A stretch of DNA of 64,000 bases from a virus. This document shows positions 27,603-37,301 of this stretch, piece after piece (position 1 is the first letter of the stretch; each line of letters opens with the position of its first letter). A program made the position numbers and the translations under genes. Under the pieces are notes generated by a model. It was not told where the DNA came from. It was given only the letters and a program-made list of their open reading frames with translations, and made no database searches. Location of the stretch: positions 64,001 to 128,000 of the IMG/VR virus record IMGVR_UViG_3300037454_000906; one strand, given 5' to 3'.

Positions 27603-27881
27603 TCATTTTAAGTAGCGCCATGCGACAACGTTTTCCGTCGGGAAACTGTTGCCCGATTCATCATCGATGTACCACACAGGTCCATAATCTGTAACCGTAT
27701 CCCCATCGGAATCAGTGTAGGTATACGGCTCTTCCCCAACCCATACCTCACCCGGTTTGATATTGCCGTCAGACATACGGCATTCAATTCTGTGAGCGTC
27801 CCAGTCACCCGTGAACACGTCGGTAACATCATACACTAGGTTACCGGGGTTCACCGTGCGCCACCCGCTCCATTCTTCCAT
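27603..27881 (-). CDS. hypothetical acidic protein
   Basis: ORF track. Confidence 0.65.
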   Translation of the reverse strand: MEEWSGWRTVNPGNLVYDVTDVFTGDWDAHRIECRMSDGNIKPGEVWVGEEPYTYTDSDGDTVTDYGPVWYIDDESGNSFPTENVVAWRYLK

Positions 27882-28432
27882 CAGAACGTAACTCCCCGGT
27901 GCTGGTGAAGGTATTCCATGGTATCATCCGGGACAACGGGGCCGCTCTTAGGTTCGTGCGCCAGTTTGCCGTCGGGCGTCACGTCAATAAACTCGTCTCG
28001 GACGAGTACCTTCACGCCGCTCAGCTGCTTTCCAGCAACCTGCTTCAACCCGGCGCGGTATGCTTCCCCGTTCCTGGCAATACCGGCCAGTTCATCATTA
28101 ATATAGAAGCTGACCGGATCCATCACGCTGTTTTCGATATTGAGAGGGAACACCCTGGCTTTACGATACATGTTGTCTATGATGGTGGCCACGGGTTCAG
28201 TCTCCAAGAATATCATTCCGTTGGCGGCGAGTCGCTCCAAGGATTCCAGAATTCCATGATCCGCAAACATGCAATCACGGATTTTGTGCACCTGCTCATC
28301 AGGGGTCAGGCCACTACAGTTGTTCAAGCACTCCCTGATGGCTCCGGTGGCATACTTCACCCGGTCGACTGCCCACTGGTATTCAATCAGTGTGTGAGAA
28401 ATCATTTCGAGGTCATTGTCATCGAGTTTCAT
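27881..28432 (-). CDS. hypothetical protein
   Basis: ORF track; promoter-like TTGCCA-N16-TATATT at ~28465-28492. Confidence 0.7.
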   Translation of the reverse strand: MKLDDNDLEMISHTLIEYQWAVDRVKYATGAIRECLNNCSGLTPDEQVHKIRDCMFADHGILESLERLAANGMIFLETEPVATIIDNMYRKARVFPLNIENSVMDPVSFYINDELAGIARNGEAYRAGLKQVAGKQLSGVKVLVRDEFIDVTPDGKLAHEPKSGPVVPDDTMEYLHQHRGVTF

Positions 28433-28501
28433 AATTACGCTATTTCCTCCATGAATTGTAAATAATATAACAATTGCCAGCCCGTTGGCAACAAGGGGCT
28501 G

Positions 28502-28906
28502 TTAATCGTTCCGGTGTTCCTTCGATTTGTATTTCTTGATTTTCAGTTCCATCTCGTTATGATAATCGTCCATCACGTGTCGGTAGAATGCCGAATCATG
28601 CAACCACTTGCCGTATTGCTTAAGGCATTCCGCATCGGTACTGTTCGCGGCGAGGCATGCCGGGCGCTCATTCATTATTCGCGCGTAGCTCCTGTCTATC
28701 ATGGTGGCATGCGATGGGGTGTAGGCAAAACATAGGAGACCTGCGCCAAAACTGAGTATGAAAAGGAACGCAAATAATTCCTCCCGAAATATGATGGTAA
28801 TCACCAGAAATACCGTGGAGAGTATCCCGAAGATGATCATGCTCCATACGAACGTATCGCAGTACATGTTTCCGAATGCATCAACTAGGAACTTGTAGAC
28901 GAACAT
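28502..28906 (-). CDS. membrane protein (2 TM)
   Basis: Hydrophobic stretches; GGAGG RBS before MFVYK. Confidence 0.7.
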   Translation of the reverse strand: MFVYKFLVDAFGNMYCDTFVWSMIIFGILSTVFLVITIIFREELFAFLFILSFGAGLLCFAYTPSHATMIDRSYARIMNERPACLAANSTDAECLKQYGKWLHDSAFYRHVMDDYHNEMELKIKKYKSKEHRND

Positions 28907-28946
28907 GGAAAATTTCCTCCAATCTTTTTCACCAAATATAGCAACA

Positions 28947-29354
28947 CTATACCAGGTTGCCAACTCTGGTCATTGGTGTGCCAGCGTGCGCCACCTCATA
29001 TTCAGTGCAATCACCCAGCCACGAGGCAACTATGTGACGGTGGCAGAAATCACCGGGCCGTTCGAAGCACAGCAGTACGATCTTGGTACAATCTGTGCCG
29101 GTGAGGTACGTCAGGTCCCGCTTGACCTTCTCACGATCCAGGCGCCCGAGAATTTCCTCCGTGAAGCGGCGAACGTAATGTCCAGTGTCATCCTTGAAGT
29201 TACCGTACCGGTATCCGTTGAGTATGGATGCCGAGGGGGCCAGTAATGGGTACCGCAGGCCGTCAAACCATACTGGGGGATGCAGTGATATGGCAACGGG
29301 GACCAGCCCGCAATCGGCATAGTGCTTTGCTTTCGCGTAGTATCCCGTGTACAT
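28947..29354 (-). CDS. DUF488-family protein
   Basis: YTGYY...LAPS...IVLLCFERPGDFCHRHIVASWL. Confidence 0.85.
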   Translation of the reverse strand: MYTGYYAKAKHYADCGLVPVAISLHPPVWFDGLRYPLLAPSASILNGYRYGNFKDDTGHYVRRFTEEILGRLDREKVKRDLTYLTGTDCTKIVLLCFERPGDFCHRHIVASWLGDCTEYEVAHAGTPMTRVGNLV

Positions 29355-29446
29355 TGTCCTACGAATCCAGGAACCAGGAAAAGAAAAATATGTTGGCTAT
29401 GGTTTCCAGGATGTCCAGGACAACTTGCAATTTGCCCTTCTTGTTC

Positions 29447-30016
29447 TTATTGCTGGACATGGGCATTCTCCGGGTTCCAGATGCTGTTCTTGGCCTTATC
29501 GGATGCATTTCGCATCCGTTCAATCAGTTCGCACCTGACCTGCGTGAGGATTTTCCCCAGCTGGTTGCTTCCTTTCCACTTGCCGGCATCATTGATATCG
29601 GGATCGCTGGCGTCCATTCCAATCCCCCAGAACGTGTCGTGGGGCGAAGCCTCGACGAACTCCTTTCCGTCGAATACGGGGTCGGTTAACATGGCCAGTA
29701 GGTCCATATCCTGGCTGTACTTGTCGAACACCACCTTGTACATGGCTTGGCGTCGGACGCGGTCCCAGAAATCCGCATCGAAATTGCGCACCCGGTTCCC
29801 CAGGATGAGGGCTGCCTGGGGCGAATCGGAGTCGAGTATTAGGCCTTCAATTTCCTCGTCCCCGAAATGGGCCGCCTTCTCGAACTGGAACGCCTGTTCG
29901 GAAGAGGTGAACACGAGCGTCCTGGAACCAATCTCGTGGATGAAGCGGGTTTTCTTGAAGTTCGATGGCCATTCCTTCCAGAAGAATACGAACTCGTCGG
30001 TCATTTTCAGTGGCAT
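29447..30016 (-). CDS. NADAR (YbiA-like) hydrolase
   Basis: FTSSEQAFQFEKA..F.D...VEASPHDTFWGIG...GSNQLGKIL. Confidence 0.9.
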   Translation of the reverse strand: MPLKMTDEFVFFWKEWPSNFKKTRFIHEIGSRTLVFTSSEQAFQFEKAAHFGDEEIEGLILDSDSPQAALILGNRVRNFDADFWDRVRRQAMYKVVFDKYSQDMDLLAMLTDPVFDGKEFVEASPHDTFWGIGMDASDPDINDAGKWKGSNQLGKILTQVRCELIERMRNASDKAKNSIWNPENAHVQQ

Positions 30017-30081
30017 AACTGTCTCCTGCGGCATGCAGTCGCGGGCGCCATCCCGGCGCCCCGGCATTCCCTTTCGCTAAA

Positions 30082-30110
30082 AATGTAGCATTTTATGGAC
30101 AATCTGGCAA
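30082..30110 (-). promoter_or_regulatory. sigma70-type promoter (representative of a family)
   Basis: TTGCCA-N17-TACATT. Same consensus at 30697-30725, 33668-33696, 35237-35265, ~41585, 43945-43973, ~49616, ~52945, ~57454, ~58056 (divergent pair), ~61322, ~61690, ~63122. Confidence 0.75.
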
Positions 30111-30284
30111 TAGTTCAGATTCCAAATATGTCATCCCGTCCGTAACTGCCCGGCCAATGCCTTCCACGAGGCCATATTCACTAAATAGCTCATCCCGTAT
30201 CTTGTCCAGTTTTTCTTTATCGGTACCGGGCGCACTGACCGCATCAACGAGTTTTCTCTTGATACGTTTAACACGGTCGACCAA
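30093..30284 (-). CDS. small hypothetical protein
   Basis: ORF track. Confidence 0.5.
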   Translation of the reverse strand: MVDRVKRIKRKLVDAVSAPGTDKEKLDKIRDELFSEYGLVEGIGRAVTDGMTYLESELLPDCP

Positions 30285-30343
30285 TTCCTAGTATTCGCAC
30301 AGGGCGAATGAAAGCATTTCGGTTTCATTGTCAGTGAGAATCA

Positions 30344-30676
30344 TTACGTCTCTCCTTCCGGATTCGGGAGCGGTTCACCGATTTCGGTGATGATTTCCAC
30401 GCCATCGTATGTGGTGATGTTATAGTCCTTTCCCTTGACTTCCTTGATCTTGATGTCCGAGCCCCAGGTGTTGTATTCATTAGGACTCATGGTGTCGATT
30501 ACATGTACAAGGATGCAGTCATGACGCTTGATGCGGCCATAACGGATATCATCCTCGGAAGGGCATCCCTCCATGGAACCGTACACTTCCTTGTAGATGT
30601 CGAAGTATTTGCAGATTGCCTCGTCGGAGAGGCGGAATCCACCATAGTCGTCGTTGTACACTACTTTTAAAGACAT
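30344..30676 (-). CDS. conserved phage hypothetical protein
   Basis: KVVYNDDYGGFRLSDEAI...RHD...YDGVE pattern recalled from large phages. Confidence 0.7.
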   Translation of the reverse strand: MSLKVVYNDDYGGFRLSDEAICKYFDIYKEVYGSMEGCPSEDDIRYGRIKRHDCILVHVIDTMSPNEYNTWGSDIKIKEVKGKDYNITTYDGVEIITEIGEPLPNPEGET

Positions 30677-30731
30677 ATTTGTATCCTCTTGCCCAAAATG
30701 TAGCATTAGTGACTACTTATGGCAACTGGAA

Positions 30732-31307
30732 TTAACCGGCAGCATGAGTCCGCTTCCATTCTTCCATCTGTTTCTTCTCATACTCATATTCTTCCCTGAT
30801 ATCCTTGAAGAACGTCATGTACTTCACCTCTTCAGGGGTCATGTCGATAAACCGTCTCATATATTGCTCGCCAGTAGGAACCTTATGGCACGGTTCAATA
30901 GTCATATCAGGAAACAGCATACCATCGAAGCAATGCCCCCAACCATTCATTGGCTCATAGTTGCCGCATTTGATCCGCAGTTCCTTACACAGAGACTTTA
31001 AACTGATAATCGCCGAATCACGTTCCGAAGTAGTGTTGAAATTCAGCACAAAATCACACCTGTCCAGGAAGGTATGTGGTATTGCATCTCCTGACCAGAA
31101 ATCGCAAGCCCGCACCATCTGGCGAAGAGAAGTCACGTTTTTTAGCCCCGGGATACGCTCGGCATTATCCATAATGCGATAAATCGCATATAGGAATTTC
31201 TGGAAAGAGAATGCCCTATGCAGTCGTATGGACACATCCGGCCTCTCGGGAACTCTGTGTTTCCCGAATATTTTTTCCAAATCTAACTCGTTTTTACGTT
31301 TTCTCAT
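30732..31307 (-). CDS. hypothetical protein
   Basis: ORF track. Confidence 0.7.
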   Translation of the reverse strand: MRKRKNELDLEKIFGKHRVPERPDVSIRLHRAFSFQKFLYAIYRIMDNAERIPGLKNVTSLRQMVRACDFWSGDAIPHTFLDRCDFVLNFNTTSERDSAIISLKSLCKELRIKCGNYEPMNGWGHCFDGMLFPDMTIEPCHKVPTGEQYMRRFIDMTPEEVKYMTFFKDIREEYEYEKKQMEEWKRTHAAG

Positions 31308-31768
31308 ATGAAATTACCTGCCTTTGATGGAAGCATGTCACGGAGCCAGTTGAGCCTATGACAGAACTCGCGGATGGTAAGGACTGTCTCCCCTTCCTTG
31401 CGCTTTCCTACACTGTGGGTGAACGTGGCGTTTCCGGCAGCGCGGAGTGCGTTGCGGAAGCCCTCGTTCTGGAACAGGGCCAGGTATGCTCGGTCGAGAA
31501 GATCCTGGTATTCCTGGGACCGACGGCCAATCTTCTGGCCGCGCCAGTAGAGTATCTGGTGTTTCTTCCAGTCCTTCTCGCTACCGGCCCGCTTCGCAGC
31601 AATGCCGATGAGGGAGCAGATATGTACCTGCATGTCCGGGTTCGCGAATTTGAGCGACTGCAGGAAACCTTCCATCGAGGCACAGCGTACGCCGTCGATG
31701 TAGAATTCATGGGCGGCAAAGTTGCTCAATGCGTTGGAAGGATAAGAGCCGTTAGATCCTACGTCCAT
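31304..31768 (-). CDS. T4 gp30.3-like (phage NADAR family) protein
   Basis: YPSNALSNFAAHEFYIDG..CASMEGFLQSLK...LYWRG...YQDLLDRAY...FTHSVGK...TVLT. Confidence 0.85.
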   Translation of the reverse strand: MDVGSNGSYPSNALSNFAAHEFYIDGVRCASMEGFLQSLKFANPDMQVHICSLIGIAAKRAGSEKDWKKHQILYWRGQKIGRRSQEYQDLLDRAYLALFQNEGFRNALRAAGNATFTHSVGKRKEGETVLTIREFCHRLNWLRDMLPSKAGNFI

Positions 31769-31769
31769 A

Positions 31770-32501
31770 TTAGTACCTCTTGTCTTCGAGCCAGTCGTTT
31801 TCGAGCGATACGAACCCGATTACGCCGGCAATGAGTAAAATCATGTAGACAATCCAAAATATCAGCCGGTGGTGGACACTGACATAGGCATCGCGAGCCT
31901 TGTCGATGGTGACACCCGGCTTGAATTCGGCCTTGTTCATGTGGTGGTTGTCGATAATCGCGAACAGAGTTCCCGATACCTGCAACGGCATCGTATGGTA
32001 CACGTAGCGCAGATGGTAGCCGCACGGGATTGTCTTGTAGTAGTCATAATCCCTGTAGGGGAATTCACCGAAACGAAACACCTTGCCGATGAAGCGCACA
32101 TTCGCCACGCTGAACACGTCCGTCTTCTGGTGGTCCCAGGTCCAGTATGTTTCCTCATGGCAATGGCGGTCCTTGCCCTCGCCCTCGCACACGGTGCGGT
32201 GATGCTTGGTGTACCTTTCCAGTTCGCGCCTGATGGACATGACCCCGCTTACGTTCTCGTCCTTCGCCTCGCCGATGGCGGACAGGGTTCCGTAGGCGAA
32301 AGTGGAACCGTAGTTCGTGGCGAAAACGTAGTTGAACTGCAAGGAGTCGTTGTTAATCTGGACGGCCTTGGTGTACACGGCATTCTTGTCGCGCATGTGG
32401 TTGTCGATCGTGTCGGAAATCTTGATGCCGAACATCAGGGCCAGACCGACAATGCCGATGGAGAAGATTACTTCTCGGAATGTGACTTCAAAATCGTTCA
32501 T
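31770..32501 (-). CDS. membrane protein with N- and C-terminal TM helices (LemA-associated)
   Basis: Hydrophobic termini; coupled to lemA. Confidence 0.7.
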   Translation of the reverse strand: MNDFEVTFREVIFSIGIVGLALMFGIKISDTIDNHMRDKNAVYTKAVQINNDSLQFNYVFATNYGSTFAYGTLSAIGEAKDENVSGVMSIRRELERYTKHHRTVCEGEGKDRHCHEETYWTWDHQKTDVFSVANVRFIGKVFRFGEFPYRDYDYYKTIPCGYHLRYVYHTMPLQVSGTLFAIIDNHHMNKAEFKPGVTIDKARDAYVSVHHRLIFWIVYMILLIAGVIGFVSLENDWLEDKRY

Positions 32502-32502
32502 G

Positions 32503-33048
32503 TTAGAGGAGGTTTCTCGGTGCGTCTACAGGTGCGTCGTATTTCAGGTAATCGAATGACTGGATTTCATATCCGGTAAGGGAGAGGAAAATTGATGCCG
32601 GGAAGGAACGGACATAGCGCTTGTATTCCTTCACGCTCTGGTTGTAGTTCTCACGCACGGCAGCAATCTTGTTCTCGGTCAATGCCAGTTCCGTCATGTA
32701 CTGGCGGTAATTCTGGTTTGCCTTCAATTCCGGGTAGCGTTCTGCCACGGCCTGGATGTAGGCACTGGCGTTAACCTGCTGGTTGGAATTTTCCTTGGGG
32801 CCGCGGGCCTTGGCGAGTTCCACGATGACCTCGCTTTCGTGCTTGTTGTAGCTCTTGACGGCATCCGCCAGGTTGTAGAGGAGGTCCACTCGGCGCTTCT
32901 GGTACACGTCGATGTCCGAGAAGGCGGTGTTCACCTGTTCTTCCATGGAGATTGCGGAGTTGCGGTAGGAGAAGCATCCCACGACACAGGCGCCAACGAG
33001 GGCAGCGATTGCGAAGAGGAAGATGAGGGTGATCTTGAGGTATTGCAT
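32503..33048 (-). CDS. lemA: LemA family protein
   Basis: N-terminal TM; SDIDVYQKRRVDL..NL...AVAERYPELKANQNY..ELALTENKIA..RENYN. Confidence 0.9.
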   Translation of the reverse strand: MQYLKITLIFLFAIAALVGACVVGCFSYRNSAISMEEQVNTAFSDIDVYQKRRVDLLYNLADAVKSYNKHESEVIVELAKARGPKENSNQQVNASAYIQAVAERYPELKANQNYRQYMTELALTENKIAAVRENYNQSVKEYKRYVRSFPASIFLSLTGYEIQSFDYLKYDAPVDAPRNLL

Positions 33049-33073
33049 TTTTGTTTCCTTTGTGATTTATTGA

Positions 33074-33643
33074 TTAAACTTTATCCTTCGGGTTGGACGA
33101 CATCGCCTGATATTGCTCCAACGGATGCACGGGTTCCAGTCCTTCGACGATTTCCACGACCATGCCGGCATCACGTGCCTCGCGTACCGTTTTTAACAGG
33201 TCTTTCAACATCTTCCGTGAATTGAACAGCTCCCTGGTGACTTCCGAAATCACGAAGGTATCTTTCAGCGGTTCGGGTTCCGGAAACCCGTCATTACATG
33301 GAACTTCCACTACAGGTATTTCCTCGCCGGTTTCCGCATTCACCTCAATCAGATGTTCAGAAGGATCTTCATGGCACATCTGCAACGTGCGTTCCGTGGT
33401 GATATACTTGACATTGCTGATGAGTATAGCACAATTACCACGCATTTCTTTGGGGGTTTCACGCAACAGAAGCAGTATTGCACGCTTGCAATCCTCGTAG
33501 GTATTGAATTTCCACAGATGGAAATTGCGATCACCGAGTTCCTTCTCGACATCCTCGTCAAGCAGCTCATTCATCGTGTCGATAATGAATACGTATTTCC
33601 CGGAATCGTGGAGCCTCTTGGCATTGAGCATGGTATCTGACAT
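33074..33643 (-). CDS. hypothetical protein
   Basis: ORF track, promoter upstream. Confidence 0.7.
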   Translation of the reverse strand: MSDTMLNAKRLHDSGKYVFIIDTMNELLDEDVEKELGDRNFHLWKFNTYEDCKRAILLLLRETPKEMRGNCAILISNVKYITTERTLQMCHEDPSEHLIEVNAETGEEIPVVEVPCNDGFPEPEPLKDTFVISEVTRELFNSRKMLKDLLKTVREARDAGMVVEIVEGLEPVHPLEQYQAMSSNPKDKV

Positions 33644-33696
33644 CTTTATTCCTTATTTTACACGGTAAATATAGCAAACTCGGGAATGTATGGCAA

Positions 33697-34236
33697 CTAT
33701 CGGGAGAATGCCTGTACCTCCATGAAGTCGTTCTTATTCAGTGGAGAACCCTTCTCCTTGGCCGACTGAATCAATTCTTCAAGAAATGCATCCTTGTACA
33801 CACCGCGAATTATTGCAGAAACGACAGCGGCATGATGCTGACACTCGTTAGTGTTTACCCCATGGCACTGGTAGCACCATCCATTCACTTCCTCAAATTT
33901 TAGGTTTCCCTCATCTCCCCATTCCTTCCCGGTTCGTATATTCCACGTGAACATGGGACGTACCTTGTTATCAAGTATGCGCAATGCATCGATGAAACGA
34001 CGCATATCAGAATCAATAGTGTCCGGAATGAAACGGTAATGTACCTCGGGGCTATACGAAGTACGCCCTTCGTAATAATAACAGCCGGTTCGGTAAAATG
34101 GGTAACAATATTTACCTTTGTATTGAGTGCCGTGCATTTTATCAAATACGATCTTGGCAGACTCTTTGAGTTCAGCAAACGCTGTCTCGATGTCTTCAAT
34201 TACTTTCGAAAAATCCATGATTTTCTCCTTATACAA
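33697..34236 (-). CDS. hypothetical protein
   Basis: ORF track. Confidence 0.65.
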   Translation of the reverse strand: MYKEKIMDFSKVIEDIETAFAELKESAKIVFDKMHGTQYKGKYCYPFYRTGCYYYEGRTSYSPEVHYRFIPDTIDSDMRRFIDALRILDNKVRPMFTWNIRTGKEWGDEGNLKFEEVNGWCYQCHGVNTNECQHHAAVVSAIIRGVYKDAFLEELIQSAKEKGSPLNKNDFMEVQAFSR

Positions 34237-35230
34237 TGTAATCGGTCACCACCTCGTTCGTCACGGCACCCTTGCGCCTGTATGCGAAGTGCGCCTTGAC
34301 GAGTACGGTCTTGCCGCGCATCCGCGCATAGTGCGCATGGACGAGCCAGCAGGGGACATTGAAGTTCGAGTATTCCCTAGTGCTCGTTAGTGCAGGTGAA
34401 TACTTCTTCCAGTTGTCGTCGGTGATGTGGATGTAGCGGTATGCCACGGAATGCTTCAACGGCTTCTTGCCGGCGTAGATTGCCTTGCGGTCCGTCTCGT
34501 TCCTGGAATCCTGAGGCTCGGATACAGGCTGGCAAGTACGCAGCTCCTCGGCAATCCATAGGTTGGCCAGCAGGCCCTCCACGTCGAATATGTTGCCTGT
34601 CTTGGAGTTGTCGTATTCGTCGTCGTATACGATGTCCGCCCCCTTCATGTCCTTGTCGCGCACTTCCTCGGCGACCGGGATGTTGAAGAATTCGTTCTCT
34701 CCCTGCTTCGGGTCACGACGGTGGACGAGGTAGCACATCTCCTGGGAAGCCATGAGGTAGATGTAGTCGAGGTGGCCGTTGAGCGGAAGCTCGATAAGTT
34801 CCTCGTAGAAGGAGGAACGGATTCCGGGCTGCACCTCTTCTTCGGGGTTCGCCTTGGCCATGTCGGCCAGGTGTTTCCTGTATTCCATGCGGAGCTCCTT
34901 GGTGGGGGCTCCCAGGGACATAAGGAACTCGGTGGCCCTGAGGGACAGCTTGCGCATGCGGCACCGTTCGCCAGGGTAGATGTAGGAATCGCAGAGGTAC
35001 GGGTTGATGTCGACGTTAAAGGCACCGCTGAGATCGACCTTCTCGTGGGTCTTCTCGTACTCATGTACCGTGAACGGCAGGACTTTGAGTCTGCGTTTGC
35101 GGTTGATGGACTTGTCCGCCGTCAGGGCCTCCTTCACCATGGGAATGGTATCAGACACCCCGAGTACCTGGTGTACGCGGCGCAGGACTAAGTCGTTGCA
35201 GTTGAAGACGATAGGGTTTACGGTTTCCAT
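34229..35230 (-). CDS. hypothetical protein (C-terminal VHAH...VKAH motif)
   Basis: ORF track; likely leaderless start METVNP. Confidence 0.75.
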   Translation of the reverse strand: METVNPIVFNCNDLVLRRVHQVLGVSDTIPMVKEALTADKSINRKRRLKVLPFTVHEYEKTHEKVDLSGAFNVDINPYLCDSYIYPGERCRMRKLSLRATEFLMSLGAPTKELRMEYRKHLADMAKANPEEEVQPGIRSSFYEELIELPLNGHLDYIYLMASQEMCYLVHRRDPKQGENEFFNIPVAEEVRDKDMKGADIVYDDEYDNSKTGNIFDVEGLLANLWIAEELRTCQPVSEPQDSRNETDRKAIYAGKKPLKHSVAYRYIHITDDNWKKYSPALTSTREYSNFNVPCWLVHAHYARMRGKTVLVKAHFAYRRKGAVTNEVVTDYIV

Positions 35231-35359
35231 GCTCAAAATGTAGCATTGTGCGAATCGGATGGCAACTTATGTCGGATTTTTGAAAAAATCGACACAATTT
35301 TTCGAATTTCCGGTGCGTTTTGATGTAGTTTCCCGGTAAGAAATAATATAGGAGGTACC

Positions 35360-36739
35360 ATGGGATACCGAGGAAACGACCATCTTCGTCCGGCCACAGA
35401 GGAAATCTCGCTACTGCCTTGGCAGCAAGAGGAAATCATGAAGTGTGCCGATGACCCGGAATACTTCATCCGGAACTACTGCTACATCCACACGAAGGAT
35501 GCCGGGATGCAGCTATTCAACCTGCGACCAAGGCAGGCACAGGAACTGAAAAACATGCAGGAACACCGCTTCATAAAGGGAGACTGGTACAGGCAATCCG
35601 GCTATTCGACAACCGTACTGGCTTACATGCTATGGGATACCATATTCTCGGAAACCCCGCACTTCAACGTCTACATGGGCGAAAAGGAAGACAGGGCCAA
35701 GGAAGAATTCTACAAGGTGAAGCAGATGTACCTTAACTTGCCATACTGGATGCAACCGGGTGTGAAACATTGGACGAATGAAGCCATATGTATGGCTGAC
35801 GGCAGGCGTTTCATTGCAACCGTACCGTCCCCGGACACCGTTCGAGGATTTTCGCCGTACATACTGTTTGTCGACGACTTTGGGTTATACACGGACAATC
35901 GCGCATTGAACCTGGTACAATCCGTGTTCCCGACCATCATGTCCGGCAACAGCAGGCACCTGATTACTGGCAGCAGTCACAAGTTCGGAAACCAGACACC
36001 ATTCAACCTCACGTTCTGGAAAAACTCAGAGAAGCACTTCTTCGTATCCGAGAACACCTGGGACACCGATACCCAACATGATGAAGAATGGGCCAGGGCA
36101 GAACGCCAAAAAATCGGCGACTTCAAGTTCGAACGCTTCTACTGCGGCAAGATTGTCCAGGATGTCATGGACCAGCCGGAAAAGGAAGAACCGCCCAAAA
36201 TCTTCTGGTCCAACAAGATCGACCAAATACCGGACCTGATTCGCCGTACCCGCTGGAATGCAAAGTTCCATTCCCGCAACGATGACTGGGAGACCATAAA
36301 CGACCACCTGTCCGTCATCAACATGGCACATGACAGTGTAGAGTACATGGGCCACAGTTATCCCGCCCTACGGTTCTTCGTAAGGAATGACGAGGGAATG
36401 ATACCCACCGCAATGTTCCTGGAAGGGTACGTGACGGTGGACCTGAATATCTACGACTTTAAGTTGGGTAACATCGTGGCGACTACACGATACAGGTGTC
36501 TGTGCCTCAGGTCCCTTATCCAGCCTGACCCGCTCGTGTATGAAGGTGATAACCCGAAATACATGAACACAGTGATTACCCTGATTGTCCTGGATACCTG
36601 CCCAATCATCGAAGGCGCCGGCGGTATGCGTGAACTACCCGACGAAGCGGATGAGATATCGCTGAACCGTATACTACAGGAACGAAGCGGACGAAGGGCG
36701 GCAATATCGGAATTCCTGGAAGATGCTTGCATGCCATAA
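35360..36739 (+). CDS. terminase large subunit (T4 gp17-like) ATPase paralogue, degenerate, with unrelated C-terminus
   Basis: KCADDPEYFIRNY..I...FNLRPRQ; Walker A RQSGYSTT (K to Y); Walker B ILFVDDF; RGFSP; no RNase H nuclease motifs seen. Confidence 0.75.
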   Translation: MGYRGNDHLRPATEEISLLPWQQEEIMKCADDPEYFIRNYCYIHTKDAGMQLFNLRPRQAQELKNMQEHRFIKGDWYRQSGYSTTVLAYMLWDTIFSETPHFNVYMGEKEDRAKEEFYKVKQMYLNLPYWMQPGVKHWTNEAICMADGRRFIATVPSPDTVRGFSPYILFVDDFGLYTDNRALNLVQSVFPTIMSGNSRHLITGSSHKFGNQTPFNLTFWKNSEKHFFVSENTWDTDTQHDEEWARAERQKIGDFKFERFYCGKIVQDVMDQPEKEEPPKIFWSNKIDQIPDLIRRTRWNAKFHSRNDDWETINDHLSVINMAHDSVEYMGHSYPALRFFVRNDEGMIPTAMFLEGYVTVDLNIYDFKLGNIVATTRYRCLCLRSLIQPDPLVYEGDNPKYMNTVITLIVLDTCPIIEGAGGMRELPDEADEISLNRILQERSGRRAAISEFLEDACMP

Positions 36740-36767
36740 CGAAAAAGGCCCGGAAATCCGGGCCATT

Positions 36768-37232
36768 TCATTTTGCCTTGCTGAGGAGCGAATTGTACAA
36801 GTTCATCAGTGATCGCAGATGTTCGACTTCCATGGGCAGGAAAGGAAGCCTCAGATTAACGTTTTCGTATTCAATGGGTTGGATATCGACATACCGGAAC
36901 GTGTAAGTAACCCCAGTGGGATGACTGAAAGAACCCAAATGTTCATTGCACCACCTGGAAATCAGCTCATCACATACCGGCCCAAGCGATTTTCCTATGT
37001 TGAAATATGACAGGTGCTCCCTATTGCTGCAATGGAAGAACAGTAGAATATTCCATCCCGGTGCAACTTCGGCGGCTGCTGCGGCAGTCTCGTACGCATC
37101 CGGCTCCACGCCTATAAGGCGGGCAAGGGAGTACGCGTCATCGGAACGCCTCTCGTTTTTGAACTTCGCGATGACCTTCATGATGAACTTCGTTACAATC
37201 ATGGTGCAGATGGAAAGTTTCAGGTACTTCAT
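36768..37232 (-). CDS. hypothetical protein
   Basis: ORF track. Confidence 0.6.
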   Translation of the reverse strand: MKYLKLSICTMIVTKFIMKVIAKFKNERRSDDAYSLARLIGVEPDAYETAAAAAEVAPGWNILLFFHCSNREHLSYFNIGKSLGPVCDELISRWCNEHLGSFSHPTGVTYTFRYVDIQPIEYENVNLRLPFLPMEVEHLRSLMNLYNSLLSKAK

Positions 37233-37301
37233 GTATTATTTCGTTCCTTGTCCATGGCGGTAAACATGGGCCGGTTGTATACGTTGAGAAGCGCGGGCTG
37301 C

